A stretch of DNA of 63,511 bases, counting the filler, from Chiloscyllium plagiosum (lineage: Eukaryota), in assembly GCF_004010195.1 (NCBI RefSeq). It is 4 parts of one record of this genome, joined end to end, with 100 filler letters (N's around TTAATTAATTAA, not from the genome) between each part and the next. Parts side by side here need not be neighbours in the genome. Positions count along the whole stretch, not along the records: positions 13,405 to 38,549 come from NC_057714.1; positions 38,650 to 57,660 come from NC_057714.1; 2 more parts are not named here. One strand, 5' to 3'. Both the position numbers and the translations under genes were made by a program. The notes below the pieces were generated by a model. The model was not told where the DNA came from. It made no database searches and was given only the letters and a program-made list of their open reading frames with translations. Numbering within the stretch: the first letter of the stretch is position 1; every line of letters begins with the position of its first letter. Below are positions 36,661 to 50,072 of the stretch, one piece after another.

Positions 36661-37930
36661 ACCTTCTGTTCGGCTCCACCTTCTGGAACTGGATCTTCAG
36701 CTTCCTGATCCATAAATCACAATCAGTGAAGATGTGTAACTGCACCTCCTCCACGATAACCTTCAACACTGGAGCCCCCCCAAGGATGCGTTCTCAGCCC
36801 CCTACTGTACTCCCTGTGCACCCATGACTGTGTAGCCAAATTTCAAATGAACATCATCTACATGTTTGCTGATGACACCACTGTGGTAGGACGGATATCA
36901 AATAACGGTGAGTCAGAATATAAAAAGGAGTTGGAGGGCTTGGTGTCATGGTATAATGATAACAACCTCTCTCTCAATGTCAGCAAAACAAAAAAACACA
37001 TCATTGGCTTCAGGAAGAAAGGAGGATAACACACCCCTATCTACATCAACAGAACTGAGGTGGAAAGGGTTGAGACCATCAAATTCCTCAGAGTGACAAT
37101 AACTGACAACCTGTCCTAGACTTCTCATGGAGATGCGTTGGTCAAGAAAGCACACCAATGCCTCTTTTTCCTCAGGTGTCTCATGAAATTCAGCATGTCC
37201 GTAAGGACCCTCACCAACCTTTACAGATGCACCACAGAAAGCATTCTATCTGGATGCATAACGGCCTGGTATGGCAACGGCTCTGCCCAGAACTGTAAGA
37301 AACTACAGAAGATTGTGTGCACAACCCAGACTATCCCGGAAGCCAACCTCCCATCCATGGACTCTATTTACACTTCTTTGTTGCCGCAGAAAGGCTGCCA
37401 ACATAATCAAAAAGGCAGAAGTGGCTACTGCTGATGCTGAAGGTTAGAGTCAAGATTAGAGTGGTGCTGGAAAAGCACGGCAGGTCGGGCAGCATCTGAG
37501 GAGCAGGAAAATTGACATTTCGGGCAAAAGCCCTTGATCAGGGAACCGGATGAAGGGCTTTTGACCGAAATGTCAGTTTTCCTGTTCCTCGGATGCTGCC
37601 GAACATCATCAAAAACCCCTCCCACACCAATAATGCTCTTCTACAGCCTCTTCCATTAGGCAGAAGATACAGAAGCTTGAACACATGCATCAACAGGTGC
37701 AAGAACAGCTTCTTCCATGTTGTTATTAGACTGTTGAATGGACTCTCTAACTTCAAATAATGTTGATCTTGTTTCATACACCTCCTGCGCAGTATAACCT
37801 GTGTGCCTCACTCTGTCTAAGCACCCTATGCTCTGTACGTCCTTGCTTATTATGATCTGTACTGCTCTCAAAGCTTTTCACTGTACTTAGGTATAAATGA
37901 CTACATTAAATCACATCAAATCAAATCAAT
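36660..37930 (+). mobile_element. Rex1/Babar-type LINE 3' half with nested fold-back PLE-end insert (37414-37601)
   Basis: QGCVLSPLLYSLCTHDC, FADDTTVVGRISNN, VKKAHQCLFFLRCL..ESILSGCITAWYG; (AAATC)n tail; insert TSD AACAT(A/C)ATCAAAAA. Confidence 0.88.
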
Positions 37931-38269
37931 CAGACTATAGTAAAACCAATTTGTGTCCCTAGCAACTGCTGACAATCAATAAACTGTTTTTATCGCATAG
38001 AGTTACACGTAATTTAAGAAAATTATCAGTGGAATCAGTGCTCAATTTGCCTGTAGAGACATCAACTTAGACTTGCACAGCATAGAGTCAAACACAAATA
38101 ACTGGTCTAATTGGTGCATCGTCAGAATTGCATTTCTCTGTGAGATATCAGATATGCCCAATATTACAACTTACTGACTAATTTGTAGTGTATCTTAAGC
38201 CATTATATCTCCAATCTAATTTAATATTTTACTTCTGTCCTAATTGTGTTTGGTGAGAAACTAAGCACT

Positions 38270-38549
38270 GGCCTCTTGCTGAGATACTTGTATCATCGAT
38301 AATCACAAGTGAGGTGCCGGAAGACTGGAGGTTGGCTAACGTGGTGCCACTGTTTAACATAGAACATAGAACATAGAACAATACAGCACAGAACAGGCCC
38401 TTCGGCCCATGATGTTGTGCCAAACATTTGTCCTAGCTTAAGCACCCATCCATGTACCTATCCAATTGCCGCTTAAAGGTCACCAAAGATTCTGACTCTA
38501 CCACTCCCACAGGCAGCGCATTCCATGCCCACACCACTCTCTGGGTAAA
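38270..38549. mobile_element. Two short CR1 fragments (plus-strand ORF2 piece; minus-strand 3' end with (AACATAG)n)
   Basis: Matches 18940-19025 and the CR1 3' tail. Confidence 0.8.
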
Positions 38550-38649
38550 NNNNNNNNNNNNNNNNNNNNNNNNNNNNNNNNNNNNNNNNNNNNTTAATTA
38601 ATTAANNNNNNNNNNNNNNNNNNNNNNNNNNNNNNNNNNNNNNNNNNNN

Positions 38650-40115
38650 AGGAGATGAAGGTGATAGGTCAGGGAGGAGAGGGTGGAGTGGATAGGTGGA
38701 AAAGGAGATAGGCAGGTAGGACAAGTCCGGACAAGTCATGGGGACAGTGCTGAGCTGGAAGTTTGGAATTAGGTTGAGGTGGGGGAAGGGGAAATGAGGA
38801 AACTGTTGAAATCCACATTGGTGCCCTGGGGTTGAAGTGTTCCGAGGCGGAAGATGAGGCGTTCTTCCACCAGGCTTCTGGTGGTGAGTGGGTGGCGGTG
38901 AAGGAGGCCCAGGACCTCCATGTCCTCGGCAGAGTGGGAGGGGGAGTTGAAATGTTGGGCCACAGGGCGGTGTGGTTGATTGGTGCGGGTGTCTCGGAGA
39001 CGTTCCCTAAAGCGCTCTGCTTGGAGGCGCCCAGTCTCCCCAATGTAGAGGAGACCGTGTGGTTAGGCCACTGCTGGAATATGGCGTGTAGTTCTGGTCT
39101 CCTTCCTATCGGAAAGATGTTGTGAAACGTGAAAGGGTTCAGAAAAGATTTACAAGGATGTTGTCAGGGTTGGAGGATCTGAGCTACAGGGAGAGCCTGA
39201 ACAGGCTGGGGCTGTTTTACCTTGAGCGTTGGAGGCTGAGGGGTGACCTTATAGAGGTTTATAAAATTATGAGGGGCATGGATAGGATAAATAGGCAAAG
39301 TCTTTTCCCTGGGATCGGGGAGTCCAGAACTAGATGGCATAGGTTAAGGGTGAGAGGGGGAAAGATATAAAAGAGACCTTCGGGGCAACTTTTTCACGCA
39401 GAGGGTGATATGTATATGGAATGAGGTGCCAGAGGATGTGGTGGAGGCTGGTACAATTGCAACATTTAAGAGGCATTTGGATGGGTATATGAATAGGAAG
39501 GGTTTGGAGGAATATGGGCCGGGTGCTGGCAGGTGGGACTAGATTGGGTTGGGATATCTGGTCAGCATGGATGGGTTGGACCGAAGGGTCTGTTTCCATG
39601 CTGTACATCTCTATGACTCTATGCTTATGCTGGAGATCTGAAATAAGAACAGGAAGCGTCGGATCCTTCCATATCTGTCACAAATTCACCTGCACCTCCA
39701 CACACATCATTTACTGCAGCCGTTGCACCCGATGTTGTGTCTTCTACATTGGGGAGACAGGCCGCCCACTTGCAGAACGTTTCAGGGAACACCTCTGGGA
39801 CACCCGCACCAACCAACCCAACCACCCTGTGGCGGAACACTTTAACTCCCCCTCCCACTCCGCCAATGACCTGCAGGTCCTTGGCCTCCTCCATCGCCAG
39901 ACCCTGACCACACGAAGCCTGGAGGAAGAGCACCTCATCTTCTACCTAGGAACCCTCCAATCACACGGGATGAATGTAGATATCTCCAGCTTCCTCATTT
40001 CCCCTCCCCCGGATTCAGCACCGCCCTCTTGACCTGCAATCTTCTTCCGTCGATTCTTCTGCTCCTCGGATGCTGCCTGGCCAGCTGTGTTTTTCCAGCA
40101 CCACACTTTTCAACT
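38650..40115. mobile_element. PLE GIY-YIG fragments (38650-39058 minus; 39625-40115 plus) around a CR1 3' end (39059-39622 plus)
   Basis: IIYCSRCTRCCVFYIGETGRPLAERFREH..HFNSPSHS..EEEHLIFYLGTLQSHGMNVD. Confidence 0.9.
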
Positions 40116-40955
40116 ACAGAGAGACATAGATAAGTTGCAAAGCTGGGCTGGGAGGTGGCAAATAGAGTTTAATGCGGACAAGTGTGAGGTGATTCACTTT
40201 GGTCGGAGTAACCAGAATGCAAAGTACTGAGCTAATGGTAAGATTCTTGGTAGTGTAGATGAGCAGAGAGATCTCGGTGTCCAAGTACACAGATCCTTGA
40301 AAGTTACCACCCAGGTTGACAGGGTTGTTAAGAAGGCATACAGTGTTTTGGCTTTTATTAATAGAGGGATCGAGTTCCGGAACCATGAGGTTATGCTGCA
40401 GCTGTACAAAACTGTTTTGTGGCCGCACTTGGAGTATTGTGTACAGTTCTGGTCACCACATTATAAGAAGAATGTGGGAGTTTTGGAAAGGGTGCAGAGG
40501 AGATTTATTAGGATGTTGCCTGGTATGGAGGGAAGGTCTTACAAGGAAAGGCTGAGGGACTTGAGGCTGTTTTCATTGGAGAGAAGAACGTTGAGAGATG
40601 ACTTAATAGAGACATATAAGATAATCAGAGGGTTAGATAGGGTGGACAGGGAAAGCCTTTTTCCAAGAATGGTGACAGCGAGCACGAGGGGGCATAGCTT
40701 TAAATTGAGGGGTGATAGATATAGAACAGATGTCAGAGATAGTTTTTTTTACTCAGAGAGTACTAAGGGTATGGAATGCTTTGCCTGCAATGGTAGTAGA
40801 TTCGCCAACTTTAAGTGCATTTAAGTCATCATTGGACAAGCATATGGACCTACATGGAATAGTGTAGGTTAGATGGGCTTCAGATTGGTATGACTGGTCA
40901 GCACAACATTGAGGGCCAAAGGGCCTGTACTGCGCTGTAATGTTCTATGTTCTAT
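40115..40955 (+). mobile_element. CR1 3' fragment
   Basis: HLEYCVQFWSPHY..ERVQRRFIRMLPGM. Confidence 0.92.
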
Positions 40956-41820
40956 ATACCTCATACATCTCCACATTAAACTCCATTTGCCACTTCTCAG
41001 CAAGCTCTGCAGCTGAGAAGTTTATTAACCCATCCTTCTATGCCCTCCTCTATGTCATTTATAAAAATGACAGAAAGCACTGGCCCCAAAACAGAACCTA
41101 TGGTACACCATTAGTAACTGAACTCTAGGATGAACATTTCTCATCAACCACCATCCTCTGTCTTCTTTCAGCTAGCCAATTACTGATCTATCCATAACTC
41201 CACCGACCTTCGTATCATCCGCAAATTTATTAACCCATCCTTCTATGCCCTCCTCTATGTCATTTATAAAAATGACAGACAGCACTGGCCCCAAAACAGA
41301 TCCTATGGTACACCATTAGTAACTGAACTCTAGGATGAACATTTCTCATCAACCACCATCCTCTGTCTTCTTTCAGCTAGCCAATTACTGATCCAAACTG
41401 CTAAATCACCCTAAATCCCATGCCTCCGCATTTTGTGCAATAGCTTACCGTGGGGAACCTTATCAAATGCCTTACTGAAATCCATATACACCACATCAAC
41501 CATTTTACCCTCATTCACCTGTTTGGTCACCATCTCAAAGAACTCAATAAGGTTTGTGAGACACAACCTACTCTTCACATAGCCATGTTGACTATTCCTA
41601 ATCAACTTATTCTTCTCTTGATGATTATGAATCCTATCTCTTATAACCTTTTCCAAAACTTTACCCACAACCAAAGTAAGGCTCCTGGTCTATAATTACC
41701 AGAGTTATCTCTATTCCCCTTCTTGAACAAGGGGACAACATTTCTGTCTAAGTTGTAACTCTCAAGTGCTCTAACTCAACCTTTACATCTCATCCTAACA
41801 CAAGCTTTCTTCTTCCTCTT
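40955..41820 (-). mobile_element. CR1 RT fragment with internal 168-bp duplication
   Basis: LCLTNLIEFFE..DFSKAFDKVPH; 41021-41188 is nearly identical to 41226-41393. Confidence 0.88.
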
Positions 41821-42187
41821 GACAAGAGATTCAACTTGTCTGTATCGATTCCCTCTAAAAGCAATTCAACAAGTTACACTCCCCCACTCTTTGTCATTGT
41901 CCTTCAAATGTTCATGCAATTTGTTTTTGAAAGCCTGTGTTGAATCTGCTCCTTACACACTCATGGGCAATGTATTCCTGATCCTAACTAGCTGCCATGT
42001 GCAAAAGGATTTCATCATGTCACAGTTGTTCTTTTGACATCCAGCCTCTGGCTCTCGACCAGTCTGCCAACAGGAACAGTTTCTTCCTGTCTACTCTGTT
42101 AGACCTTTCGTGACTTTTTAATCTCGATCAAATCTTCACTTCACATTGTATAAGGAGAATGACTGCAATTTCTCTAATCAATACACA

Positions 42188-42552
42188 TGGGGCAGCATGA
42201 TGACTCAGTGGTTAGGACTGCTACCTCACATAACCAGGGACCCAGGTTTGGCTCCACCCTCGGATGACTGTCAGTGTGGAATTTGCACATTCTCCCCGTG
42301 TCTGTGTGGGTTTCCTCCAGGTGCTCTGGTTTCCTCCCAAAATCTAAATATGTGCCGGTTAGATGGACTGGCCATACTAAATTGCCCATAGTGTTCAGGG
42401 ATGTGTAGGCGAGGTAGATTAGCCATGGGAAATGCAGCGTTACAGGGATAGGGTAGGTGATGGGTCGAGGTGGGATGTTCTTCCAAGGGTCAGTGTGGAC
42501 TCAATGGGCTGAATGGCCTGCTTCCACACTGCAGGGATTCTATGATTCTATG
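42188..42552 (+). mobile_element. HE1-like V-SINE
   Basis: tRNA-like head, TGTGGAATTTGCACATTCTCCCCGTGTCTG core, CR1-like tail. Confidence 0.88.
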
Positions 42553-42599
42553 TAAAATCCTTATTCCTGGAACTATTCCTGTAAATTTTCACCCTCCCT

Positions 42600-43155
42600 C
42601 ATAGGATGTGGGCATTGATAGCTGGGCCAACATTTATTGTCCATCCTTTGAGAAGGTGGTGGTGAGCTGCCTTCTTGAGCTAGTATAGTCTATGTGCTCT
42701 GGGCTGACCCACAATGCCCTTAGGGAGAGAATTGCAGGATTTTGACCCAGTGACAGTGAAGGAACAACAATATATTTCCAAGTCAGGATGGTGAGTGGCT
42801 CAGGAGGGAAACCTCAGGTGGTGTTCCATATATCTGCTGCTCTTATCCTTCTAGATGGAGTGGTCAGGGGTTTTGAAGATGCTGTTTAAGGAGCCTTAGT
42901 GAATATCTGCAGTGCACACTGCTGCTACTGAGATCAATGGTGGAGGGAGATGATGTTTGTAGATGTGGTGCAAATCAAATGGTTTCCTAGCCACTGATCT
43001 ACTTTTGTTACCACTTATTTATATGGCTAGTCCAGTTGAGTTTCTGGTCACTAGTAACCCCTAGGATCTTGACTACTGGAAATGCCATTTAATGTCAACA
43101 GGTGATGCTTAGATTCTCACTTGTTGGAAATGGTCATTGCCTGGCATTTGTGTTG
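42600..43155 (-). mobile_element. RTEX-like LINE 3' fragment
   Basis: Reverse complement resembles 52030-52575. Confidence 0.6.
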
Positions 43156-43179
43156 AGGAAGCAAGGAGGGTGCAGAAGG

Positions 43180-44815
43180 ACTTGAGTCAAGATTAGAGTG
43201 GTGCTGCAAAAGCACAGCAGGTCAGACAGTATCCAAGGAGCAGGAAAATCGACATTTAGGGCAAAAGCCCATCATCAAGAATGAGGCAGGAAGCCTCCGG
43301 GGTGGAGAGATAAATGGGAGGTGGATGGGGCTGGGGAGAAGGTAGCTAAGAGTACAATAGGTAGATGGAGGTAGGGATAAAGGTGATAGGTCAGAGAGGA
43401 GGGTGGAGCAGATAGGTGGGAAGTAAGATTAGCAGGTAGGACAGGTCATAAGGATGGTGTTGAGCTGGCAGGTTGGAACTGGGATAAGGTGGGGGGAGGG
43501 GAAATGAGGAAACTGGTGAAGTCCACATTGATGCCTTGGGGTTGAAGTGTTCCGAGGCGGAAGATGAGGCGTTCTTCCTCCAGGCATCGGGTGGTGAGGG
43601 AGTGGCGGTGGTGGAGGCCCAGGACCATCAGAGTGTAATGGGGAGTTGAAATGTTCAGCCACTCCCTCGGCGGTGAGGTTGATTGGTGTGGGTGTCCCGG
43701 ACATGTTCACTAAAGCGCCCTGCAAAAAGGTGTCCAGTCTCCCCAATGTAAAGGAGACCACATCGGGAGCAACAGCAGAGGCGGAGGAATTGGGAATACG
43801 AGATAGCATTTTTGCAGGAGGTAGGGTGGGAAGAGGTGTAATCCAGGTAGCTGTGGGAGTGGGTGGGTTTGTAAAAAATGTCAGTGTTAAGTCAGTTGTC
43901 GTTGATGGAGGTGGAGAGGTCCAGGAGGTGGAGGGAGGTGTCAGAGATGGTCCAGGCAAACCATGACTGCCGTATCTGCTCCCAGGAGGACCAGTTCCAC
44001 CACAAAACACACCAGATGGTCTCCTTTAAAGACCATAATTTCCCTTCCCATGTGGTTGAAGATGCCCTCCAACGCATCTCATCCACATCCCACTCCTCCG
44101 CCCTCAATCCCCACCCCTCCAACCACAACAAGGACAGAACTCCCTGGTCCTCACCTTACACCCCACCAACCTTCGCATAAACCATATCATCTGCCAACAT
44201 TTCCACCACCTATAAATGGACCCCACCACCAGGGATATATTTCTCTCCCCATCCCTATCCGCTTTCCGCAAAGACCCATTCCCTCCGTGACTACCTGGTC
44301 AGGTCCATGCCCCCCCAACAACCTAACCTCCCCTCCTGGCACCTTCTCCTGTCACTGCAGGAATTGCAAAACCTGCACCCACACCTCCTCCCTCACCTCC
44401 ATCCAAGGCCCCAAAGGACCCTTCCACATCCATTAAAGTTTTACCTGCACATCCACCAAGATCATTTATTGTATTCGTTGCTCCCGATGCAGTCTCCTTT
44501 ACGTTGAGGGAGACTGGATGCCTTCTCACAGACCGCTTTAGTGAACATGTCCAGGACACCCGCACCAATCTATTCCAACCCCCTGGGCCCAACATTTCAA
44601 CTCCCTCTCCCACTCAGCCGAGGACAAGCAGGTCCTGGGCCTTCTCCACCGCTGCTCCCTCACTACCCGACACCTGAAGAAAGAACGCCTCATTTTCCAC
44701 CTCGGAACACTTCAACCCCAGGGCATCAATGTGGATTTCACACCTGCTGTGCTTTTCCAGCACCACTCTAAATTTAACTCTGATCTCCAGCATCTGCAGT
44801 CCTCACTTTCGCTCC
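43180..44815. mobile_element. Inverted PLE structure (43180-43960 minus; 43960-44815 plus)
   Basis: Both arms carry EEERLIFRLGTLQPQGINVDF and terminal repeats; degenerate HHR at ~43246-43282. Confidence 0.88.
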
Positions 44816-44847
44816 CCCCCCACCACCACCACCACCACCACCACCAC

Positions 44848-46000
44848 CTTGCAGAAGGACTTGGACAGGTTAGGAGAATGGGCAAAGAAATGGCAGATAG
44901 AATTCAATATGGAAAAGTGTCAGGCTATGCACTTTGTTGGAAAGATTAGAGATCTAACTACTTTCTAAATGGGGAAAGGCTTCAGAAATCTAAAGCACAA
45001 AGGGACTTAGGAGTCCTTGTTCAGGATCCGATTAAGGTTAAGATGCAGGTTCAGTTGTCAGTTAAGAAGGAAAATGCAACATTAACATTTATTTTGAGAG
45101 CGCTAGAATACAAAAATAGAAATATACTGCTGTATAAGGCTCTGGTCAGACCACCTTTGGAATATTGTGAGCAGTTTTGGACCCTGTATCTAAAAAAGGA
45201 TGTGCTAACCTTGGAGGGAGTCCAGAGGAGGTATACACGTATAATTCTGGGATGAAGGGCTTGTAATATGAGGAATGGTTAGATTGCGTTACAGATTGAT
45301 TAGATTAGATTAGATTGATTAGATTGCGTTACAGTGTGGAAACAGGCCCTTCGGCCCAACAAGTCCACACCGACCCACCGAAGCGCAACCCACCCATACC
45401 CCTACATTTACCCCTTACCTAACACTAGGGGCAATTTAGCCTGGCCAATTCACCTAACCTGCACATTTTTGGAATGGTTGAGGACTCTGGATCTGTACTT
45501 GATGGAGTTTAGAAGCATGAATGGAGGTGGGGGTATCTGATTGAAACATACAGAATACTGAGAATCCTGGATAGAGTGGATGTGGAGAAGTTATTTCCAC
45601 TAGTAGGAGAGACTGGGAACATAGGGATTTGGAGCAGGATAGGCAATTCAGCCCTTTGAGCCTGCTCCACCATTTAACACATGGCTCCCCGTGTCTGCGC
45701 AGATTTCCATTGGGTGCTCCAGTTTCCTCCCACAATCCAATGATGTGTAAGTCAGGTGGTTTGGCTGTGCTAAATTGTCCATACTGAGCAGGTTTGGTGC
45801 ATTAGCCATGGGAAATGCAGGGTTACAAGGATAGGGTAGAGGACTGGGGCTGGGGGTTGCTGTTTGGAGGGTTGGTCTGGATGTATCGGGCCACATGGCC
45901 TGATTCCACACTGCTGGGATTATATGAGAAATAGGTCAGCTATGATCGAATGGTGGCGCTGGGCTGAATGGCCTAATTCTGTTCTTGTATCTTGTGGTCT
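44848..46000 (+). mobile_element. Old CR1 3' half with nested SINE pieces (45281-45470 minus, TSD GGAATGGTT; ~45685-45920 plus)
   Basis: LQKDLDRLGEWAKKWQIEFNMEKC; LVRPPLEYCEQFW. Confidence 0.85.
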
Positions 46001-47134
46001 TATCAGCCTGCTTAAGTCACAATACTCCCCAATGTTGTGTGATCTGCAAATTTTTAAAATCCAATGGAAGGCGATAATTGTCAGAACATTCTTACTGAAT
46101 TTGAGGTTTACAGAACTATAACAGACAATGCTGAACAAAAAATATTTTCTCACCATGTTTTATTTTCTTATGATTTGTTCTAATAGATAGTCCAAAAAGA
46201 ACTGGCTATCTTCTAGGTTACTTCCTCCAACTGGCTATTTTCATTTGAAGCTGTGATCCCAAAATTTTGCAGCATAGTTGTCTATGGGGAGCTATATAAA
46301 CTGCCAGTGGGAAGGTCTTGCTTCTGCATTTAACTGCTTCTTCTTGTAATCATTCTCAGGGCCACTGTGGTTGGCAGGAGACCCAGGCATTTAAATTCAG
46401 CAAATTCAATCTCTTATATCATCCAATTTAATTGCCCTATGTAGTATTAAAGGATTTGGCTGTGACTGACAGGAAAGGATTATTCCAAGCTCTGTACCTT
46501 CCCTTAAAGTATTGCCTTAATGTCACCTGTTGTTGCATTTCATTCAGTCTTTCTATAAACTGTGACTATCTTGTTAAAATGTTCAACCTCATGCTTGTCA
46601 GAATCCCCCAAGCTGCTTAGAATTTATTTTTATCCAAAATGACTCTGTGTGTGTGTTTATCTTTTGTATGTCTCTTTCTCTCATTTCTTTTTCTGTGTTT
46701 ATTGCCACTCCTCCTCAATAATATGATTTACACTTGGATGCGATTCCAACCTATTACCCTAGCTTAGGGCTCGAGCTATAGTAGAAGTCAGCTGCATAGT
46801 TAAAGTGAGTAAATAAATTGACGTTAAAATTAATATTCTTTCCCAACAACTTTTGATCAGCCATGATCTTATTGAATGGCAGACACGACTCGAATGTTTT
46901 CCTGATCCTATTTTTTAAAGTCTTATGTTCTTAATTTTATGCCAGGGCTAAGCATATAAGCTTGGACAATAGTTATGAAAATCCCTTCAGTGGCATCACT
47001 GGATGAGCCAATGACCTTCACACAGATAGCCTTGGGATGTTCCCAAGCGGCAGGACTGCAACAGGAGCCAGCCCGACTTGGCTCGCTGGTATTTTAGCCT
47101 GTCACCCATCTGCTACCCAATCAAATTCCACCAG

Positions 47135-48352
47135 ATAGAACTTAGAACAGTTCAGCACAGAAACGAGCCCTTCTGTCTGTCCTTGGACCATATCCCTCCA
47201 TTCCTTGCATATTTGTGTGCTTATCTAAAAGTCCCTTAATGCTCTTATCGTATCTGCCTCCATCACCACCCCTGGCAGTGCATTCCAGACTTGTACCACT
47301 ATCTGTGTAAAAACAACCTGCCTCTGACATCTCCTTTGAACTCTCCCCCTCACTTTAAATGCATGCACCCCTGAATTAGACATTTCAACTCTGGAAAAAA
47401 GATTCTGATCATCAAGCCTATCTATGCATCTCATAGTTTCACCTCATAATGTGCCACCTCCCACCCCCCATCCTCACCACATTCTACAGGGGGTTCATTG
47501 AGAGTACCCTGAGCTGCTGCATCACTGCCTTGTTCGGGAATTGCACCGTCTCGGATCATAAGACCCTACAATGGATAGTGAGGACAGCTGAGAGGATTAT
47601 CAGGGTCTCTCTTCCCTCCATTACAGAATTTACACCACACGCTGCATCCGAAAGGCAAAGAGCATTGTGGAAGACCCCACACACCCCTCACTCAAACTCT
47701 TCTCCCTCCTGCCATCTGGCAGAAGATACCGGAGCATTTGATCTCTTATGGCCCGACTGTGGAACAGTTTCTTCCCCCAAGTCATCAGGCGCCTTAACAC
47801 AGTATGATCGGACTCTTTCCCATCTGGAATTCTTGGCACAACTTTGATTTGTTGCTAGAAAAATGTCTATTATTTATCTTTCTTCTATTACAATGTAACT
47901 TGTGTGTTTTGTACTTCTTATGCACTTTATGCCATGTAAAATGGTGTAGTTTATGCTGTCCATTTAATACATGCTGTCTTGTTTTACCTGTATCAGTTGG
48001 ATATGGTAGAAATGACCAATAAAATTACTCTATTCTCCTCTCCTCTACTATTTTATAAACTTGTATCAAGTCTCCCCTCAGCCTCTGCTGCTCCAGAGAA
48101 AACAACCTGAGTTTTTCTAGCCTCTCCTTATAATGCATACCCTCTAATCCAGGCAGCATCCTGCTAAACGTTTGCACCTTCACCAAAGCCTCCACATACT
48201 TCCTGTAATGTGACAACCAGAACTGAATGCAATACTCTATCAAAGTCTTATAAAACTGCAACATGGCATCCTGACTGTTGTACTCAATTCCCTGACCAAT
48301 AAAGGCAGGTGTAGCATACATCTTCTTTACTATCTCTTGCGTGGCCACTTTC
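47135..48352 (-). mobile_element. CR1 3' fragment interrupted by a Rex1/Babar 3' fragment (~47440-48035 plus)
   Basis: LRLFSLEQQRLRGDLIQVYKI; ILTTFYRGFIESTLSCCITALFGNC. Confidence 0.85.
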
Positions 48353-48370
48353 AGGCAGATGTTTCAGGTT

Positions 48371-48516
48371 CTGGATTAGTGGTGCTGGAAGAGCACAGCA
48401 GTTCAGGCAGCATCCAAGATTTCGAAGCTCCTTGGATGCTGCCTGAACTGCTGTGCTCTTCCAGCACCACTAATCCAGAATCTGGTTTCCAGCATCTGCA
48501 GTCATTATTTTTACCT
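48371..48516. mobile_element. Palindromic PLE-end mini-element
   Basis: 14-bp TSD AGATGTTTCAGGTT at 48357-48370 and 48517-48530; ~50-bp inverted arms. Confidence 0.9.
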
Positions 48517-49499
48517 AGATGTTTCAGGTTGATGATCTTTCTTTATCAATCTGAAACGTTAACTCTTTTCTCAGATGCTGGAAAACCTCCTGAGTATTTC
48601 CGTCAGTTCCTGAGACCACAAGAGGTTAAAATATTTTCAGGACTTACTTTTTGCAGTCTGAAAATCTGTCAGACAATTGGAAAAAGCAGTTCTTTTGAGA
48701 CTCTTATAGCAGTGTTTGTTTGTGAATGAGGTGATATCCCTACCCAGTGCTTCATGTCCAACTGTCAATTCTAGAAACTGAACTGAATATACTGAGCCAA
48801 GACAGGAGTATATACATCGATCAGAGAATCTCTTCAAAACAGATGTGTCAGTCAACAAACCCAAAGATACAATGACATGTTCTGTGTATCAAACAGATAT
48901 TACACGCGGCTGTTCACAGCTTTTCCAACCCCTACTTTATGTTTTGACCAAATATAATTTGATTAGCATCAAGGAGAATTCCTTTCTATGCTGGTTTATC
49001 CACAGATCAAAGGATACAGCTGCATTCTTGCAGATAGTTAGGCATTAATCTCCAACTTGCAGCTCTGTAAAGACTTGCAACTTCCACTTTAACTCTAGAT
49101 ATTTCTAAAACATATTCACCCTGCCCAAGGTCATTTATAGAAATAAATTATTTTCAATGCAGCAGGTTTCCTTTGCAGAGTGAGTGTTCTGCTTTTATAA
49201 CAGAAATGACAAGGACATAGACTCTGCTGTGAAATAAATAAAAAACTAAACTAAGTAAACCTTGGGATTGTGCAATATTACTGAGGATTCATCTCTAAAT
49301 TGAGAAGCTCTCTGGAGGGTCAAAACTCCTATTACCAAAACATCCAGTAATGTTAAAGAAATATAACAGATGAGGTAAATGGAGAAGAATTGCTTAAGTA
49401 GTGTGTAAACAATCTGAAAGCCTGTTGGGTTCAGTAAAAGGGAAAAATGGCCCTTCACCTTGAATTTCTGAGAAAGAAAGATTTACCGAAAGGAATTGC

Positions 49500-50072
49500 A
49501 CTTTATGAACCAGGCCGGACCCCCTCCAAATATTTTAAGAAGGTAGCCTAGACCTGAACTTTTTCTTATTTTAAAGGTAGAGGTGAAGTGGATATTCCAG
49601 GTGTGATGCAACTTGGTCAAACCACTCAGCTTTAAGCAAAACAGAATTTATTTAAATATTACAGTTGAAACATGAACAAATGAAAACAGAATTTAGAATA
49701 ACTTAACCACTGGAAAACTTATCTGACCTGATACAGTAACTGTTATTAATTAACTGTTCCAATACAGTAACATCCCATAAACACACCCCTTGGCAAAAAG
49801 GTAAATTCAAACACAGATTCTTACAGGCAGGAGGGAACAACTTCCAGAGAGAGATTTCAGAAGCAAGTCAGAGGAATTCTTTACTGAAGCTTGCAACTCT
49901 CTTGGAATCACAAATCTACAACTAAAAACAAATTAGAAAAATCCTGAACTGGGAGAACTGACCACTCCCCTTCTATTGTGAAAGTAGACTCTTTGGCACC
50001 TCTAACTTTATGACCTCTCTTCAAAAAAACCCAAGGACAAAATAACCTTCTTAAAGTGACAACATCGTCTCA
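49500..50072 (-). mobile_element. Possible solo LTR
   Basis: ~570-bp non-coding block with ends resembling TGTTATGA...TCGTCACA (mutated), minus-strand AATAAA near 49650. TSD not clear. Confidence 0.4.

Noticed and set aside
45250..45270. GATGAAGGGCTTG resembling the family 1 hammerhead
   Set aside because: Part of CR1 coding sequence (GMKGL); no stem II partner or GAAAC.
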